Assembly: GCA_963828735.1 (NCBI GenBank)
Contig: CAWHFW010000005.1
Span: 2,208,001 to 2,272,000, forward strand
Origin: an uncultured Gemmatimonadales bacterium
Lineage (GTDB): Bacteria; Gemmatimonadota; Gemmatimonadetes; Gemmatimonadales; GWC2-71-9
DNA length: 64,000 nt
Direction of reading: 5' to 3'
The translations under genes were made by a program, and so were the position numbers. Below the pieces are notes generated by a model. It saw only the letters and a program-made list of their open reading frames with translations. It had not been told where the DNA came from and made no database searches. Shown here piece by piece: positions 38,286-48,229 of this stretch. Position 1 is the first letter of the stretch; every line of letters starts with the position of its first letter.

Positions 38286-41210
38286 CTAATCTAACACCGT
38301 CGTGACGAGGCCAGCCTCGCGGAGAAACAGGTCGCCGCCGGTCGGGCGTCCGTCGCGCTGCGACGAGCGCGTGAGGACCAGCCGGTCCTTGGCGCGGGTC
38401 ATGCCCACGTAGAGCAGGCGGCGCGCCTCCTGGATCTCCTTCCACTCCTCGTTGTCGAGGGCGACCGCGCCGGGGATCTGATTGTCCTCGACGCCCACGA
38501 TGTAGACCCGCGAGAACTCGAGGCCCTTGGTCGCGTGGAGCGTGAGCAGGCTCACACGCCGGTCGTCGGTTCGACTTCCGTCGCTCCGTGACAGCGCGAC
38601 GCGGTTGAGCAGCAGGGCGATACTCTCGGCCAGGGACGGCGCGGTGCTCGAGTCAACCAGCGCTTCGAGCCGGGCCGCCGACGGCGGGTACCGCTCGGCC
38701 ACGGAGCGGTCGGTCCGCATCCGCTCCATCAGGCGCTGGCCGCCCAAGCGCTCGACCAGCTCCTCTGCGGATGGGGCATCCGTGCCGGCCGCCTGCTCGG
38801 CGTAGGCCTCGAGACACCCGCTGTAACGGCCCAGGGCCGCGGGCAGGGCGACGTCCCGGAGGACTCGTTCCTCCGGGGTCGGCTCCGCGGGCGCATCGAT
38901 CGCGAGCGCGAGGCCGAGCCACCCGAGCAGCTGCACCAGTGCGGTCTTCCTCGCGCGTACCAGGCGCAGCTCGCCCAGGTGCCGGGCCACGCCGACGAGC
39001 GTGGTCGCGTCGTCGATCGCGTGGTGGGACCGGCCGCGCGAGACGCCGAACCGGTGCGCGAGGTCCTCGAGGCGCGCGCTCTCGTCCATGAGCGAGCGCG
39101 CGAGCGGCAGCGTGTCGAAGAAGACCAGCTCCTCGACGCCCGGAAGGCCGGAGGCCAGGCGGCGGAGCACGGGGACGTCGAACGTGTGGCCGTTGTGCGC
39201 CACCAGCAGGTCTTCGCCCACGAACTCGCGGAACGCGGGCCACACGTCCGCGAACGGCGGCTGATCGCACACATCGGACTCGCGATAGCCGTGCACGGCC
39301 GTCGCTCGCGGCGTGATGGGCCGCGACGGTCGGACGAGGCGCTGAAACTGGTCCACGACGACCCGGCCTCGCACCCGCACCGCCGCCAGCTCCACGACAT
39401 CGCACTCGCCGGCGTCCATCTCGGTCGTCTCGAGGTCGAACGCGACGTAGTCTTGCAGCGGATCGGTGAGCCCGCGGCACTGCAGAAGCTGCAGTGCCTT
39501 GAAGATCAGGAAGGGGCGTGCGCTGCCGGCGCGAAGCACGAGATCGCCGGGGGCGGGCCGATTGCCGGGCGCGAGCCGGTGAACGCGGTCGCCGACGACG
39601 GCACGGAGCATCGGCAGCAGCGCGAGCTCGAGTCCGCGGTCCGGCTCGAGCCAGACGGTGGCGCCGGCGTCCCGGGTCTCCCGCAGCCGGTCGGCCAGGT
39701 GCGTCGCGCCCGGCACCTCGGCCGGATCCGTGAGCTCCGCCGCACGCTCGTCCAGGGGATTGCGATACCGGCCGAGGCGCTCCGACAGCAATGCGTCCAC
39801 GAGATCGCGGATGGACTCGTGGGTGCGGCTCAGGCCGGCCAGGTTCTCGACGTGAAAGACGAATCGCCACGCGTGCCTGGCGTCCGGATCGCCGCGCATC
39901 GTCCGGGCGAATACCCGAAGTCCGGTGAGCAGGTCGAGAGTGCGGTGGGTGGCGCGGATCCGGCTCACCAGCGCGGGCGGGAGGACCTGCTCGGCGAACG
40001 CCTCGACCCGCAACGGATCGTCGGGCGCCTGAATGATGCGCAGGCTCGCCACGATCGCCCCGATCAGCTCGTCGTCCAGCAGCGCCTGGCCGCGCGCCAT
40101 GAGGCAGGGGATGCCGGCCTCGATGAAGCGGGTCTCGAGCCGCTGCCCGATGCGGTGGGACCGGTAGAGCACGCCGTATTCCCCCCAGTCGAGCGCCGAG
40201 GCCGCCCGATCGCGCAGCAGGTCGGACACCACCCACTCGGCCTCGCAGGTTTCGTCGGGAAAGGCGGCCGCGGTGACGCAGTGGTCCGACTCGCGGGTGG
40301 CCTCGAGCCGCTTCTCGAACAGGCCCGGGTTCCGGGTGACCAGCTGGCGGGCGGTCTCGAAGATCTGGCGCGAGCACCGGCGGTTGAGATCGAGGATGAT
40401 GGGCTCGGCGATGCCGAAGTCGTCCCGGAAGCGGCCCAGGATAGCCGGATCGGCGCCGGTCCAGGAGAAGATGGACTGCTCGTCATCGCCCACGGCGAAG
40501 CAGTTGCGGTGCCGGGCGGCCAGCTCGGTCACGACCTCGTACTGAGCCAGGCTCAAGTCCTGGAACTCGTCCACCAGGACGTAGTCCCAGCGATTTCTCA
40601 CGTCCGCGCGAACGTCCTCGCGGCTCCGGAGGAGCTCGCCCGCGCGCGCGATCAAGTCGTCGTAGTCCAGCAGATTCCTGAGCCGGAGGGCGTCGGTGTA
40701 GGCGGCGAACAGGTCCTGGTCGCCGGGGGTCAGCGGCACGTGCTGGAGGCGATGCCGGCCGAACTGGAGCAGGAGCGCCCCGTGGCGCTCGGGCCGGACA
40801 CGGAGACGGCGCAGGACCCGCCGCTGGTAGTCGTCGTCGGCGATCCCGAAACCGCGTTTCAGGCCCGCGGCCGCCGCGTGATCCCGCAGGAGGCCGAAGC
40901 AGAGCGCGTGCAGCGTTCCGCGGGTGACGTCCTCGGCGAGCGGGCCGATCTCCCGCTGGAGCCGGGAGGCGATCTCGTCGGCGGCCTTGTTGGTGAAGGT
41001 GACCGCGCAGATGCGGCGTGGGTCGAAGCCGTGCCAGGCGATCAGCCGCGCGATGCGCGCGATGAGGCAGTAGGTCTTGCCGGCGCCCGGGCCGGCGACG
41101 ACGAGCACCGGGCCGAGCGGAGCCTCGATGGCCTGGCGCTGCGCGGAGGACGGGTCGAGGGCCAGGCTCAGTCCTCCGCCGGTCCGAGCGCCGCGAGGGT
41201 GGCGCGCCAC
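38286..41210 (-). CDS. UvrD/Rep/PcrA-type helicase with inserted DEDDh 3'-5' exonuclease domain
   Basis: AGPGAGKT, TFTNKAA, VDEFQD, VGDDEQSIF, TLHATKGLEF, EARRLLYVGMTRA; internal FDLETT, VAHNGHTFD, HHAIDDA. Start may be CTG 41165. Confidence 0.92.
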   Translation of the reverse strand: MARHPRGARTGGGLSLALDPSSAQRQAIEAPLGPVLVVAGPGAGKTYCLIARIARLIAWHGFDPRRICAVTFTNKAADEIASRLQREIGPLAEDVTRGTLHALCFGLLRDHAAAAGLKRGFGIADDDYQRRVLRRLRVRPERHGALLLQFGRHRLQHVPLTPGDQDLFAAYTDALRLRNLLDYDDLIARAGELLRSREDVRADVRNRWDYVLVDEFQDLSLAQYEVVTELAARHRNCFAVGDDEQSIFSWTGADPAILGRFRDDFGIAEPIILDLNRRCSRQIFETARQLVTRNPGLFEKRLEATRESDHCVTAAAFPDETCEAEWVVSDLLRDRAASALDWGEYGVLYRSHRIGQRLETRFIEAGIPCLMARGQALLDDELIGAIVASLRIIQAPDDPLRVEAFAEQVLPPALVSRIRATHRTLDLLTGLRVFARTMRGDPDARHAWRFVFHVENLAGLSRTHESIRDLVDALLSERLGRYRNPLDERAAELTDPAEVPGATHLADRLRETRDAGATVWLEPDRGLELALLPMLRAVVGDRVHRLAPGNRPAPGDLVLRAGSARPFLIFKALQLLQCRGLTDPLQDYVAFDLETTEMDAGECDVVELAAVRVRGRVVVDQFQRLVRPSRPITPRATAVHGYRESDVCDQPPFADVWPAFREFVGEDLLVAHNGHTFDVPVLRRLASGLPGVEELVFFDTLPLARSLMDESARLEDLAHRFGVSRGRSHHAIDDATTLVGVARHLGELRLVRARKTALVQLLGWLGLALAIDAPAEPTPEERVLRDVALPAALGRYSGCLEAYAEQAAGTDAPSAEELVERLGGQRLMERMRTDRSVAERYPPSAARLEALVDSSTAPSLAESIALLLNRVALSRSDGSRTDDRRVSLLTLHATKGLEFSRVYIVGVEDNQIPGAVALDNEEWKEIQEARRLLYVGMTRAKDRLVLTRSSQRDGRPTGGDLFLREAGLVTTVLD

Positions 41211-43243
41211 TGGTCCACCGTCTCCGCCGGCGCGCGACAGCTCGTGCCGGTGCAGGCGTATGCGCGCGGCGCCCGGCCCGCGGCCACCATGCCGGCCATG
41301 GCCTGGGGTAGGGCCACGCCGTTCGTGTCGCCGGGCGTGAGTCGCCGCACGAGGCGACGCGGCACGAAGGTGCCGAGCGCGTCGCGGTGCATCCGGTCCG
41401 CGACGGCATCGCCGGGCTCGCCGACGACGACCAGGTGAGTCGCGGGCGAGAGGTGCCAGTCCACGGCGAGCAGATACGCCGCCGCATACAATCCCAAGTC
41501 GGCGGCGCGGCCGGCAAAGGCGCGGATCAGGGCGTGCCCGCGCTCGCGCCAGCGCGCCTCGCCGGTGTGCTCATGGAGGCGCGCCGCCACCACCCCCGCG
41601 ACGCCGTTCGGTGACGGCGTCGGCGCGTCCTGCACCGGCTTGGCCCGCGCCGGCAACAGGCCCGGCTCGGAGCCCCGCGCGCGGGCCGTGTCGAACAGCC
41701 CGCCGGCCTCCGGGTCCCAGTAGTCCGTCCACACCCGATCCATGATGGCCGAGGCCCAGGCCAGCCAGACGCCGTCGCCCGTTGCCTCGTAGGCGTCGAG
41801 CGCGGCCGCGGCGACCTGGACCTGATCGTCGAGCAGTCCCGCGACGCCGCCAGGCGTGTGGGTCACGGCGTCCTCGGTCAGCCGCTCGTCACGGATCCTG
41901 GCGAGGCTCAGGATGGCGTGGGCGCGGGCCTCCTCGTCGCCCAGCACCGCGCCGGCGCGGAGCATCGCCGCTGCCATCATGGCGTTCCAGTTCGTGTACC
42001 GCGTGCGATCCACGAACGGCGCGGGCCGGGCGCGGCGCGCGTCCAGGAGCTTGCCCTGCGCCCGCTCGAGGTCGGCGCGCACGTCGGACTCGCCGCGGCC
42101 CAGGCGCGTCGCGATCGCGCCGACTGTCGCGGCGATGAACAGTACGTTCTTCGACGGGTTGTGGTGCATCTCCCCGGCGGTGCCGATGTCGTAATAGGCC
42201 GCCGCCACCTCGAGCTCCTCGGGCGTAAGCGCCGCGGCGGCTTCCTCACGGGTCCAGGTGAAGTAGTCGCCGTCGTCGTCGAGTCCCACGTCGGCGTCCT
42301 GGCTCGCGGCGTAGCCACCCGCGGCATCGGATGCCACCTCGCGGACCCAGCGGACGATCCCGCGCGCGGTCGCCGCGTACTCCTCGGTGCCGAGGAGTGC
42401 GTAGGCGTCAGCGTAGACCTTGAGCAGCTCGGAGTTGTCGTAGGCCATCTTCTCGAAGTGCGGCACGATCCACTCGGCGTCGACGCTGTAGCGGTGAAAC
42501 CCACCGCCGAGTTGGTCATAGACGCCGCCGCGCGCCATGCCGTGCAGCGTGCGATCGAGGATCGTGCGGACCGCATCGGACGGCTGGTCCCACCAGCGGT
42601 GCAGCAGCAGCGTCATCGCGCCGGGATGGGGGAACTTGGGTGCGCGCCCGAACCCGCCGTTCTCCGGATCGAACACGCGCGTCATGCCGGTCACGGCCTC
42701 GCCGAGCATGTCGAGCGACGGCTCGCCCGGCGCCGCCTCGTTGAGGTCGTCGCCCACGACACGGCGCACGGCCTCTGCCTGCGACTGCACCTGGCCGCGA
42801 CGGGAGCGGTACGCGTCGAGCACGCTCTCGAGCACGGTCCGGAAGCCGGGGCGTCCGTGCGCCCCGTCGGGCGGGAAGTACGTTCCGCCGTAGAAAACCT
42901 CACCCACCGGCGTCAGAAACGCGGTCAGGGGCCAGCCACCCTGCCGGGTGAGCGCCTGCACCGCGCGCTGGTAGCGCGCGTCGACGTCGGGTCGCTCGTC
43001 GCGGTCCACCTTGATGCAGACGAAGTGCTCGTTCAGGAACTCCGCCAGCGCCGGATTCTCGTACGACTCGCCGTCCATGACGTGGCACCAGTGACACCAG
43101 ACTGCCCCGATGTCGAGCAGCACCGGACGATCCTGCGCCTTGGCCACGGCGAAGGCCTCATCGCCCCAGGGGAACCAGTGAATGGGCTGGTGCGCGGCAG
43201 ATTGGAGGTAGGCGGAGCCGGCGGCGGCGAGGCGATTCGTCAT
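41168..43243 (-). CDS. Thioredoxin domain-containing protein (YyaL/SPATA20 family)
   Basis: WCHWCHVM, KVDRDERPDVD, GGWPLT, PHFEKM. Confidence 0.93.
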   Translation of the reverse strand: MTNRLAAAGSAYLQSAAHQPIHWFPWGDEAFAVAKAQDRPVLLDIGAVWCHWCHVMDGESYENPALAEFLNEHFVCIKVDRDERPDVDARYQRAVQALTRQGGWPLTAFLTPVGEVFYGGTYFPPDGAHGRPGFRTVLESVLDAYRSRRGQVQSQAEAVRRVVGDDLNEAAPGEPSLDMLGEAVTGMTRVFDPENGGFGRAPKFPHPGAMTLLLHRWWDQPSDAVRTILDRTLHGMARGGVYDQLGGGFHRYSVDAEWIVPHFEKMAYDNSELLKVYADAYALLGTEEYAATARGIVRWVREVASDAAGGYAASQDADVGLDDDGDYFTWTREEAAAALTPEELEVAAAYYDIGTAGEMHHNPSKNVLFIAATVGAIATRLGRGESDVRADLERAQGKLLDARRARPAPFVDRTRYTNWNAMMAAAMLRAGAVLGDEEARAHAILSLARIRDERLTEDAVTHTPGGVAGLLDDQVQVAAAALDAYEATGDGVWLAWASAIMDRVWTDYWDPEAGGLFDTARARGSEPGLLPARAKPVQDAPTPSPNGVAGVVAARLHEHTGEARWRERGHALIRAFAGRAADLGLYAAAYLLAVDWHLSPATHLVVVGEPGDAVADRMHRDALGTFVPRRLVRRLTPGDTNGVALPQAMAGMVAAGRAPRAYACTGTSCRAPAETVDQWRATLAALGPAED

Positions 43244-43256
43244 GGGATGAAGGTAG

Positions 43257-43288
43257 CGAAAAGGGCGCACCTTCGTGCGCCCTTTTCG
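43257..43288 (-). terminator. Rho-independent terminator of the cytochrome c gene
   Basis: CGAAAAGGGCGCAC-CTTC-GTGCGCCCTTTTCG. Confidence 0.8.
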
Positions 43289-43308
43289 TCACCTCGCGCC
43301 AGGGAGCG

Positions 43309-43692
43309 TCAGGAGGGCGCCTTGTGGCTCAGTGAGTAGACGTAGGCCGCGACCGCCTTGACCTCGTCGTCGGTGATGCTGGATCCGCCCTTGGGCGGCA
43401 TCATGATGCCGCTCTTGGACTCGGCCTGCGGCACGCCGGTCGTGATCTGCTTGACGATCGCGTCGTACGAGCCGTCGCTGTGGAGCCATTCGGCATCGGT
43501 GAGGTTCGGCCCGACCGCGCCCTGCGCGTTGGCGCCGTGGCACGCGTAGCAGTTGCCCTTGCTGTGGAAGATGCTGTCGCCTTGGGCGATCGCGGCAGGC
43601 GTGACGCCGGCCGGGGCCTGCGCCATGGCGGGGCGGGTCCCCATGACGGCGCCAAACGCGAGCAAGAGACCGAAGCGAGTCCGGATGTCCAT
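43309..43692 (-). CDS. Monoheme c-type cytochrome
   Basis: Signal peptide, CYACH, GPNLTDAEWLH, distal MPP. Confidence 0.92.
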   Translation of the reverse strand: MDIRTRFGLLLAFGAVMGTRPAMAQAPAGVTPAAIAQGDSIFHSKGNCYACHGANAQGAVGPNLTDAEWLHSDGSYDAIVKQITTGVPQAESKSGIMMPPKGGSSITDDEVKAVAAYVYSLSHKAPS

Positions 43693-43858
43693 CGTGGCTC
43701 CTGTGAGGTGACGTCGTCTGACAACGGGCTCTGGAGAATACAGCCCCGGAAGGGGCGGTCAAGGCGGCCCAAGGGCAAAGGCCGGACCGATCAGTCCGGT
43801 CCGGCCCAACGTTTCTCGGGACAAGGGTTTGGGGACAGAACGGCCCGCCGAGGAGCCG

Positions 43859-45079
43859 CTACTTCGTCCCGTCCGCTGGACGGGGAGTGTCTCCGAGGGC
43901 GGCGCTTACAGCGGGCACCCGGGGCCGGAAGATCGCGGGATCGTATGCGCTCCGCGGGTTCCAGAGCACCCAGGAAGTGATGCCGAGCTCCTCGGCCGCG
44001 CGGATCTGCTCGCGGACGTGCAAGGGCGTATAGCGTGGCTGACCCAGGGTGAAGGCCTGGAGGTACGGCCGGATTTCCGCCGTCTTCCCGAGCGGCTCCG
44101 ATCGGCGCAACGCATCCTGCATAGCCCGACGGATGACCTTGTACGGCTCTCCGTTCGGATGCTGCAGGCTGTAGTAGCCCCGGAAGTAGTGGCTCGGGTA
44201 GACCATGGGAAGGACGACGTCCGCCGTGGTCACGAGGTCCTCCCAGAGCTGTCCGATGCCCATGTCGGTCGGGGCGCTCGTGGTGAGGCCGAACACGTCG
44301 ATCGTGAACGGCACGCCCAGACGGCGCGTGCGCGCGCCCAGGAGCTTGAGGTTCCTGGCGACGCCCTGCCGCTTGGTCTCGCCCGGCCGGCGGGCGCTGA
44401 ACACCGCCGACGCGAGGCGGCTCTCGGGCTCGTCGGGAAACCGGACGTAGTCGTACTGCACTTCGGCGAACCCGACCCGGACCGCCTCGGCGGCGAGCTG
44501 TGACGCATACACCCAGACCGAGTCGTTGAAGGCGTCCACCCAGGCGAAGTCGAGTCGGTCGTGCCACAGGCCGCCATCGACGTGCCGCACCGACCATTCC
44601 GGCTTCCGCGATGCCAGGAGCGGGTCCTTGGCCACGACGATCCGGGCGATCGGATGAATGCCGTGCTCGCGCATCACCCGGAGCCGCTCGCGGACGTCTC
44701 GCGCGCGGAGCTGCGTGTTCGCGCCGATCTCCTTGGCGGTCGGCACGTCCGAGCGGTACGTCAGGTAGCCGGTGTCGTCCTTCACGTCCACGACGAACGC
44801 ATTGACCTCGGTCCGGTCGGCGAGCTGGACGAGATCGTAGAACCGCCGGCCGCCGAACGCCCAGGCGTTGACGTAGATCGCGTGCACGGGGCTGGGCGGC
44901 CGGAGGAGCGGTGGAGCGGGTGGTGTGAGATCGAGCTGGATCTGCGGGACGGCGAACAGGGAGTCCGGCACCGGCGGCGCAGGCGGCAGCTCGTCCCCCC
45001 AGCTCGGGGCCTGCTGCGCGGTCAACGATGCAATGTGCAGGACAGCTGCCAGAACACCGGCGAGGAGAGAGCGGCGCAT
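43859..45079 (-). CDS. Putative glycoside hydrolase (DUF4015-like), exported
   Basis: NAFVVDVKDDTG, EVQYDYVRFP, PMVYPSH, RPYLQAF, WVLWN. Confidence 0.85.
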   Translation of the reverse strand: MRRSLLAGVLAAVLHIASLTAQQAPSWGDELPPAPPVPDSLFAVPQIQLDLTPPAPPLLRPPSPVHAIYVNAWAFGGRRFYDLVQLADRTEVNAFVVDVKDDTGYLTYRSDVPTAKEIGANTQLRARDVRERLRVMREHGIHPIARIVVAKDPLLASRKPEWSVRHVDGGLWHDRLDFAWVDAFNDSVWVYASQLAAEAVRVGFAEVQYDYVRFPDEPESRLASAVFSARRPGETKRQGVARNLKLLGARTRRLGVPFTIDVFGLTTSAPTDMGIGQLWEDLVTTADVVLPMVYPSHYFRGYYSLQHPNGEPYKVIRRAMQDALRRSEPLGKTAEIRPYLQAFTLGQPRYTPLHVREQIRAAEELGITSWVLWNPRSAYDPAIFRPRVPAVSAALGDTPRPADGTK

Positions 45080-45149
45080 CGAGCCCAGATCATTGTGGGA
45101 GAAGATGATGGAGGAACCGATTCCCGGCTCCTCCATCGTCCCACGCAAA

Positions 45150-46788
45150 TCAGGGGCCGGGTGTCGCTGGCCGAATCTCCACGCGGCGGTTGGCGGCGCG
45201 TCCGCGCGGGGTGGTATCACCGGTGAGCGGCACCGACGAGCCATAGCCGCGCGCCACGATCTGCTGGTAGCTGACGCCTTTCACGACCAGGTAGTCGCGA
45301 ACCGCCTCTGCCTGAAGCTGGGTGAGGCGGTTGTCATCGCTCGTCGAGCCGCTGTTGTCGGTATGGGCGCCGATCTCGACCCGCGAGGCGGGATTCGCGA
45401 TGAGCAGATCCGCCAGCGAATCCAGGGCGACGTAGGAGGACGTCTGAAGCCGTGCCGTGCCCGAGGCGAAGGTGACGTTCGGTATCACGCCCGACGCGAT
45501 CACCAGGGCGCCGGCCTTCGGCACCGTGACGTTCGGATGTTGGATCGGTCGTCCGGTGGTGTCGATGGGCGGCCGGGCGGCAGCACCGCTGGGGGGAGGC
45601 TGCGCCGCGTTCGGCTGCGAGACGCCGGCGCGTGGCGCTGCCTGGGTCGGGGCTGCTGCGGCGGCCCCCGCCCGCGCGGGCGGAGGCGCACCCGACGGCG
45701 CGCCCTGGTTGGCCGCCTGGCCCTGGGCGCAGCCCGACGAGTTCACGGCGGCGCCGGGCTGTGTCCGCGGGCAGTGATCGAGCCCGTCGAGCACGCCGTC
45801 ACCATCCTCGTCGCCCGGGCAACCGAGGGCATCCACCGTGGCCCCGCGAGGCGTGTCCGAGCAGCGGTCGAGGCCGTCGGGGATCTGGTCGCCGTCGCTG
45901 TCCTTGGGGCAGCCGCGCGGGTCCACCAGCACGCCCGCGGGCGTGTCGGGGCACCGATCGAGGCCGTCGGGGATGTTGTCGCCGTCGGTGTCCTGCGAGC
46001 ATCCGCGGGCGTCCACGGCGGCGCCGGCCACGGTGGTCGGGCATCGGTCGATGCCGTCGGGCACCCCGTCGCCGTCGCCGTCGCTCGGGCAGCCGCGCGA
46101 GTCCACCGACGCGCCGCTCGGCGTATCGGAGCACCGGTCGTGGTTGTCGAGCACGCCGTCCCCGTCGGTATCGAGGATGGGCTTGCTGCCAAGCATGAAG
46201 CTCACCCCGGCATTCACGCCGAAGTTGGACAGCGTCACGCCCGCGGCGTTCTCCCTGGGCCTTGCTCTTGTTCCGGTTGTAGAGGCCCTCGACGCGCGCG
46301 AGGATCGTGGGCGTCAGCCCGACCCGGAAGCCCGCGCCCCCCAGGAACGCGCCGCTGCTGCCGCAGATCGGATTGTCGGGGCTCGCGACGCTGGGGCAGC
46401 TCCCGCCGTACTTGGTCGACCCACCGCCCGCCTTCAGATAGAAGGTGGTGCTGGACCCGATCAGGAAATTGTAGAGCGCCGAGATGCCGAACGTCTTGAC
46501 GCTGACGCTCTCGTCCCCGGTCTTGCTGTTGGGCGACGAGAACGCGCCCTCCACCTCGACCGAGAAGTTGAGCGGCAGCCACAGGCCGACCCGCGCGACG
46601 CCCCCGGGCGCGCCGTCCAGTTGGGTGTCCGAATCGAATGACTGGTAGGCGCCGGCGGCGCTCAGCTCGACGAGATACTTCCGCTGCTGGGCGGCGCCGA
46701 CGCGCGCACACGCCACGACGAGGGCGAGGCCGGCCAGGAGTCCGACTCCCCCGGCCCAGCCCCTGAAGGGCTGCTGGTAGGTTCGCAT
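45150..46788 (-). pseudogene. OmpA family protein (beta-barrel + TSP3-like repeats + OmpA C-terminal domain) split by a 1-nt frameshift near 46253
   Basis: N-terminal barrel frame reads ...NRNKSKAQ; removing one base from CAG-G-GAG joins it to ENAAGVTLSNFG...DxDGDG repeats...ANRRVEI. Confidence 0.8.
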
Positions 46789-46854
46789 GGATCAAATAGA
46801 TACGCCGTCCGGGATGACCTGACAAGGAGCCGCGTCACCAACCCGCGCTCGCCC

Positions 46855-46883
46855 TTGGCAGCGACTCACAGGACCGCTACGAT
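46855..46883 (+). promoter_or_regulatory. Sigma70-type promoter for the rdx-pfkA-POP operon
   Basis: TTGGCA-N17-TACGAT. Confidence 0.5.
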
Positions 46884-46920
46884 TCGCGCACTCCCCCTCG
46901 TGCCGGTTCAGGAGAAGCGC

Positions 46921-47148
46921 ATGCGCGTGGTCATCGAGTACTGCGTTGTTTGAAACTACCAGCCTCGAGCCACCAGTTTGGCGGCTGAGCTGAAAGAGCA
47001 GTTCCCGGAGGCGGAAGTCCGTCTGGTTCCCTCGTCGGGCGGGGTGTTCGAAGTGACCGTGGACGGCAACCTCATCTATTCCAAGCGCGCGCTCCGCCGG
47101 CATCCCGAGCCGGGGGAGGTCCTGAAACTGATTCCCCGCTCGAGCTGA
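46921..47148 (+). CDS. Rdx family (SelW/SelT/SelH-like) selenoprotein with in-frame UGA (CxxU)
   Basis: MRVVIEYCVVUNYQPRATSLAAELKEQFPEAEVRLVPSSGGVFEVTVDGNLIYSKRALRRHPEPGEVLKLIPRSS; SD AGGAG; TGA at 46951-46953. Confidence 0.9.
46960..46992 (+). promoter_or_regulatory. Bacterial SECIS-like hairpin
   Basis: CAG/CTG, CTC/GAG, AGCC/GGCT, CCA/TGG stems with an apical GTT loop, starting 6 nt after the UGA. Confidence 0.75.
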
Positions 47149-47149
47149 C

Positions 47150-48229
47150 ATGCGCATCGCCATCTCCACCGGCGGCGGCGACGCCCCCGGGTTGAACGCG
47201 GTAATCCGTGCCGTGGTCGTGTCGGCGCACCACCGCGGGTGGAAGTGTTACGGCATCCAACGCGGCTACGAAGGCCTGCTCTCGTTCAACGGTGTGGTCC
47301 CGCTGGGCCTCGGCGAGGTCCGCGGGATCACCCATCTGGGCGGCACCATCCTGGGGACCACGAACCGCGGCAATCCTTTCCACTACGTGACACGCAACGA
47401 GCAGGGCGAGGAGATCGAGCGCGACCGCTCCGACGACCTCGTGGCCGCCTTCCAGGCGAGCGGGTTCGAGGCGCTGGTGTCGATCGGCGGCGACGGCAGC
47501 CTCCAGATCTCGCACGATCTCTGGCGGAAGGGACTCCCCGTCGTCTGCGTGCCCAAGACGATCGACAACGATGTGAGCGGCACGCAGCGGACCTTCGGAT
47601 TCGATACGGCCGTGAGCACCGCGACCGAGGCCATCGACAAGCTGCATTCGACGGCGGAGAGTCACGACCGGGTCATCGTGGTCGAGCTCATGGGCCGGTA
47701 CGCGGGCTGGATCGCGCTCTACAGCGGCCTCTCCGGCAGCGCCGATGTGATCCTCCTGCCGGAAATCCCGTTCGACATCGCCAAGGTGTGCGAGAAGATC
47801 CGGAGCCGCGAGGCGGCCGGGCGCCGCTTCAGCATCGTGGTCGTGGCGGAGGGTGCCCGGCCGAAGGATGGCACCATCGAGCTGCTCGAGCGCCGGGGCC
47901 CCGGCACTGTCGACCGGCTCGGCGGGATCGCCAGCAAGGTGGCACGAGCCGTCTCGCACGACACCGGCAAGGAGACGCGAACGCTCGTGCTCGGACATCT
48001 GCAGCGTGGCGGCTCCCCGACCACGTACGACCGGCTGCTCGGGCTCCGGTTCGGGGCCGCCGCCGTACGGGCGATCGCCGACCAGGCCTTCGGGACGATG
48101 GTGGGGCTCAACGGGCAGGACATCACGCGGGTGCCCCTCGAGAACGTGGTCGGTCGCGCCAAGAATGTTCCGCTCGACTCCGATACGATCCGCACCGCAC
48201 GCGATCTGGGAATCAGTCTGGGTGACTGA
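47150..48229 (+). CDS. pfkA: 6-phosphofructokinase (PfkA family)
   Basis: TGGGDAPGLNA, GGTILGT, IGGDGS, PKTIDND, ELMGR, LGHLQRGG. Confidence 0.95.
   Translation: MRIAISTGGGDAPGLNAVIRAVVVSAHHRGWKCYGIQRGYEGLLSFNGVVPLGLGEVRGITHLGGTILGTTNRGNPFHYVTRNEQGEEIERDRSDDLVAAFQASGFEALVSIGGDGSLQISHDLWRKGLPVVCVPKTIDNDVSGTQRTFGFDTAVSTATEAIDKLHSTAESHDRVIVVELMGRYAGWIALYSGLSGSADVILLPEIPFDIAKVCEKIRSREAAGRRFSIVVVAEGARPKDGTIELLERRGPGTVDRLGGIASKVARAVSHDTGKETRTLVLGHLQRGGSPTTYDRLLGLRFGAAAVRAIADQAFGTMVGLNGQDITRVPLENVVGRAKNVPLDSDTIRTARDLGISLGD

Noticed and set aside
45760..46175. Repeated DNA units resembling an array
   Set aside because: They encode the DxDGDG TSP3-like protein repeats; no CRISPR repeat-spacer structure or cas genes
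46792..47169. 125-aa minus-strand ORF
   Set aside because: Antisense shadow of the Rdx selenoprotein, which has SD, family motifs and a SECIS-like hairpin
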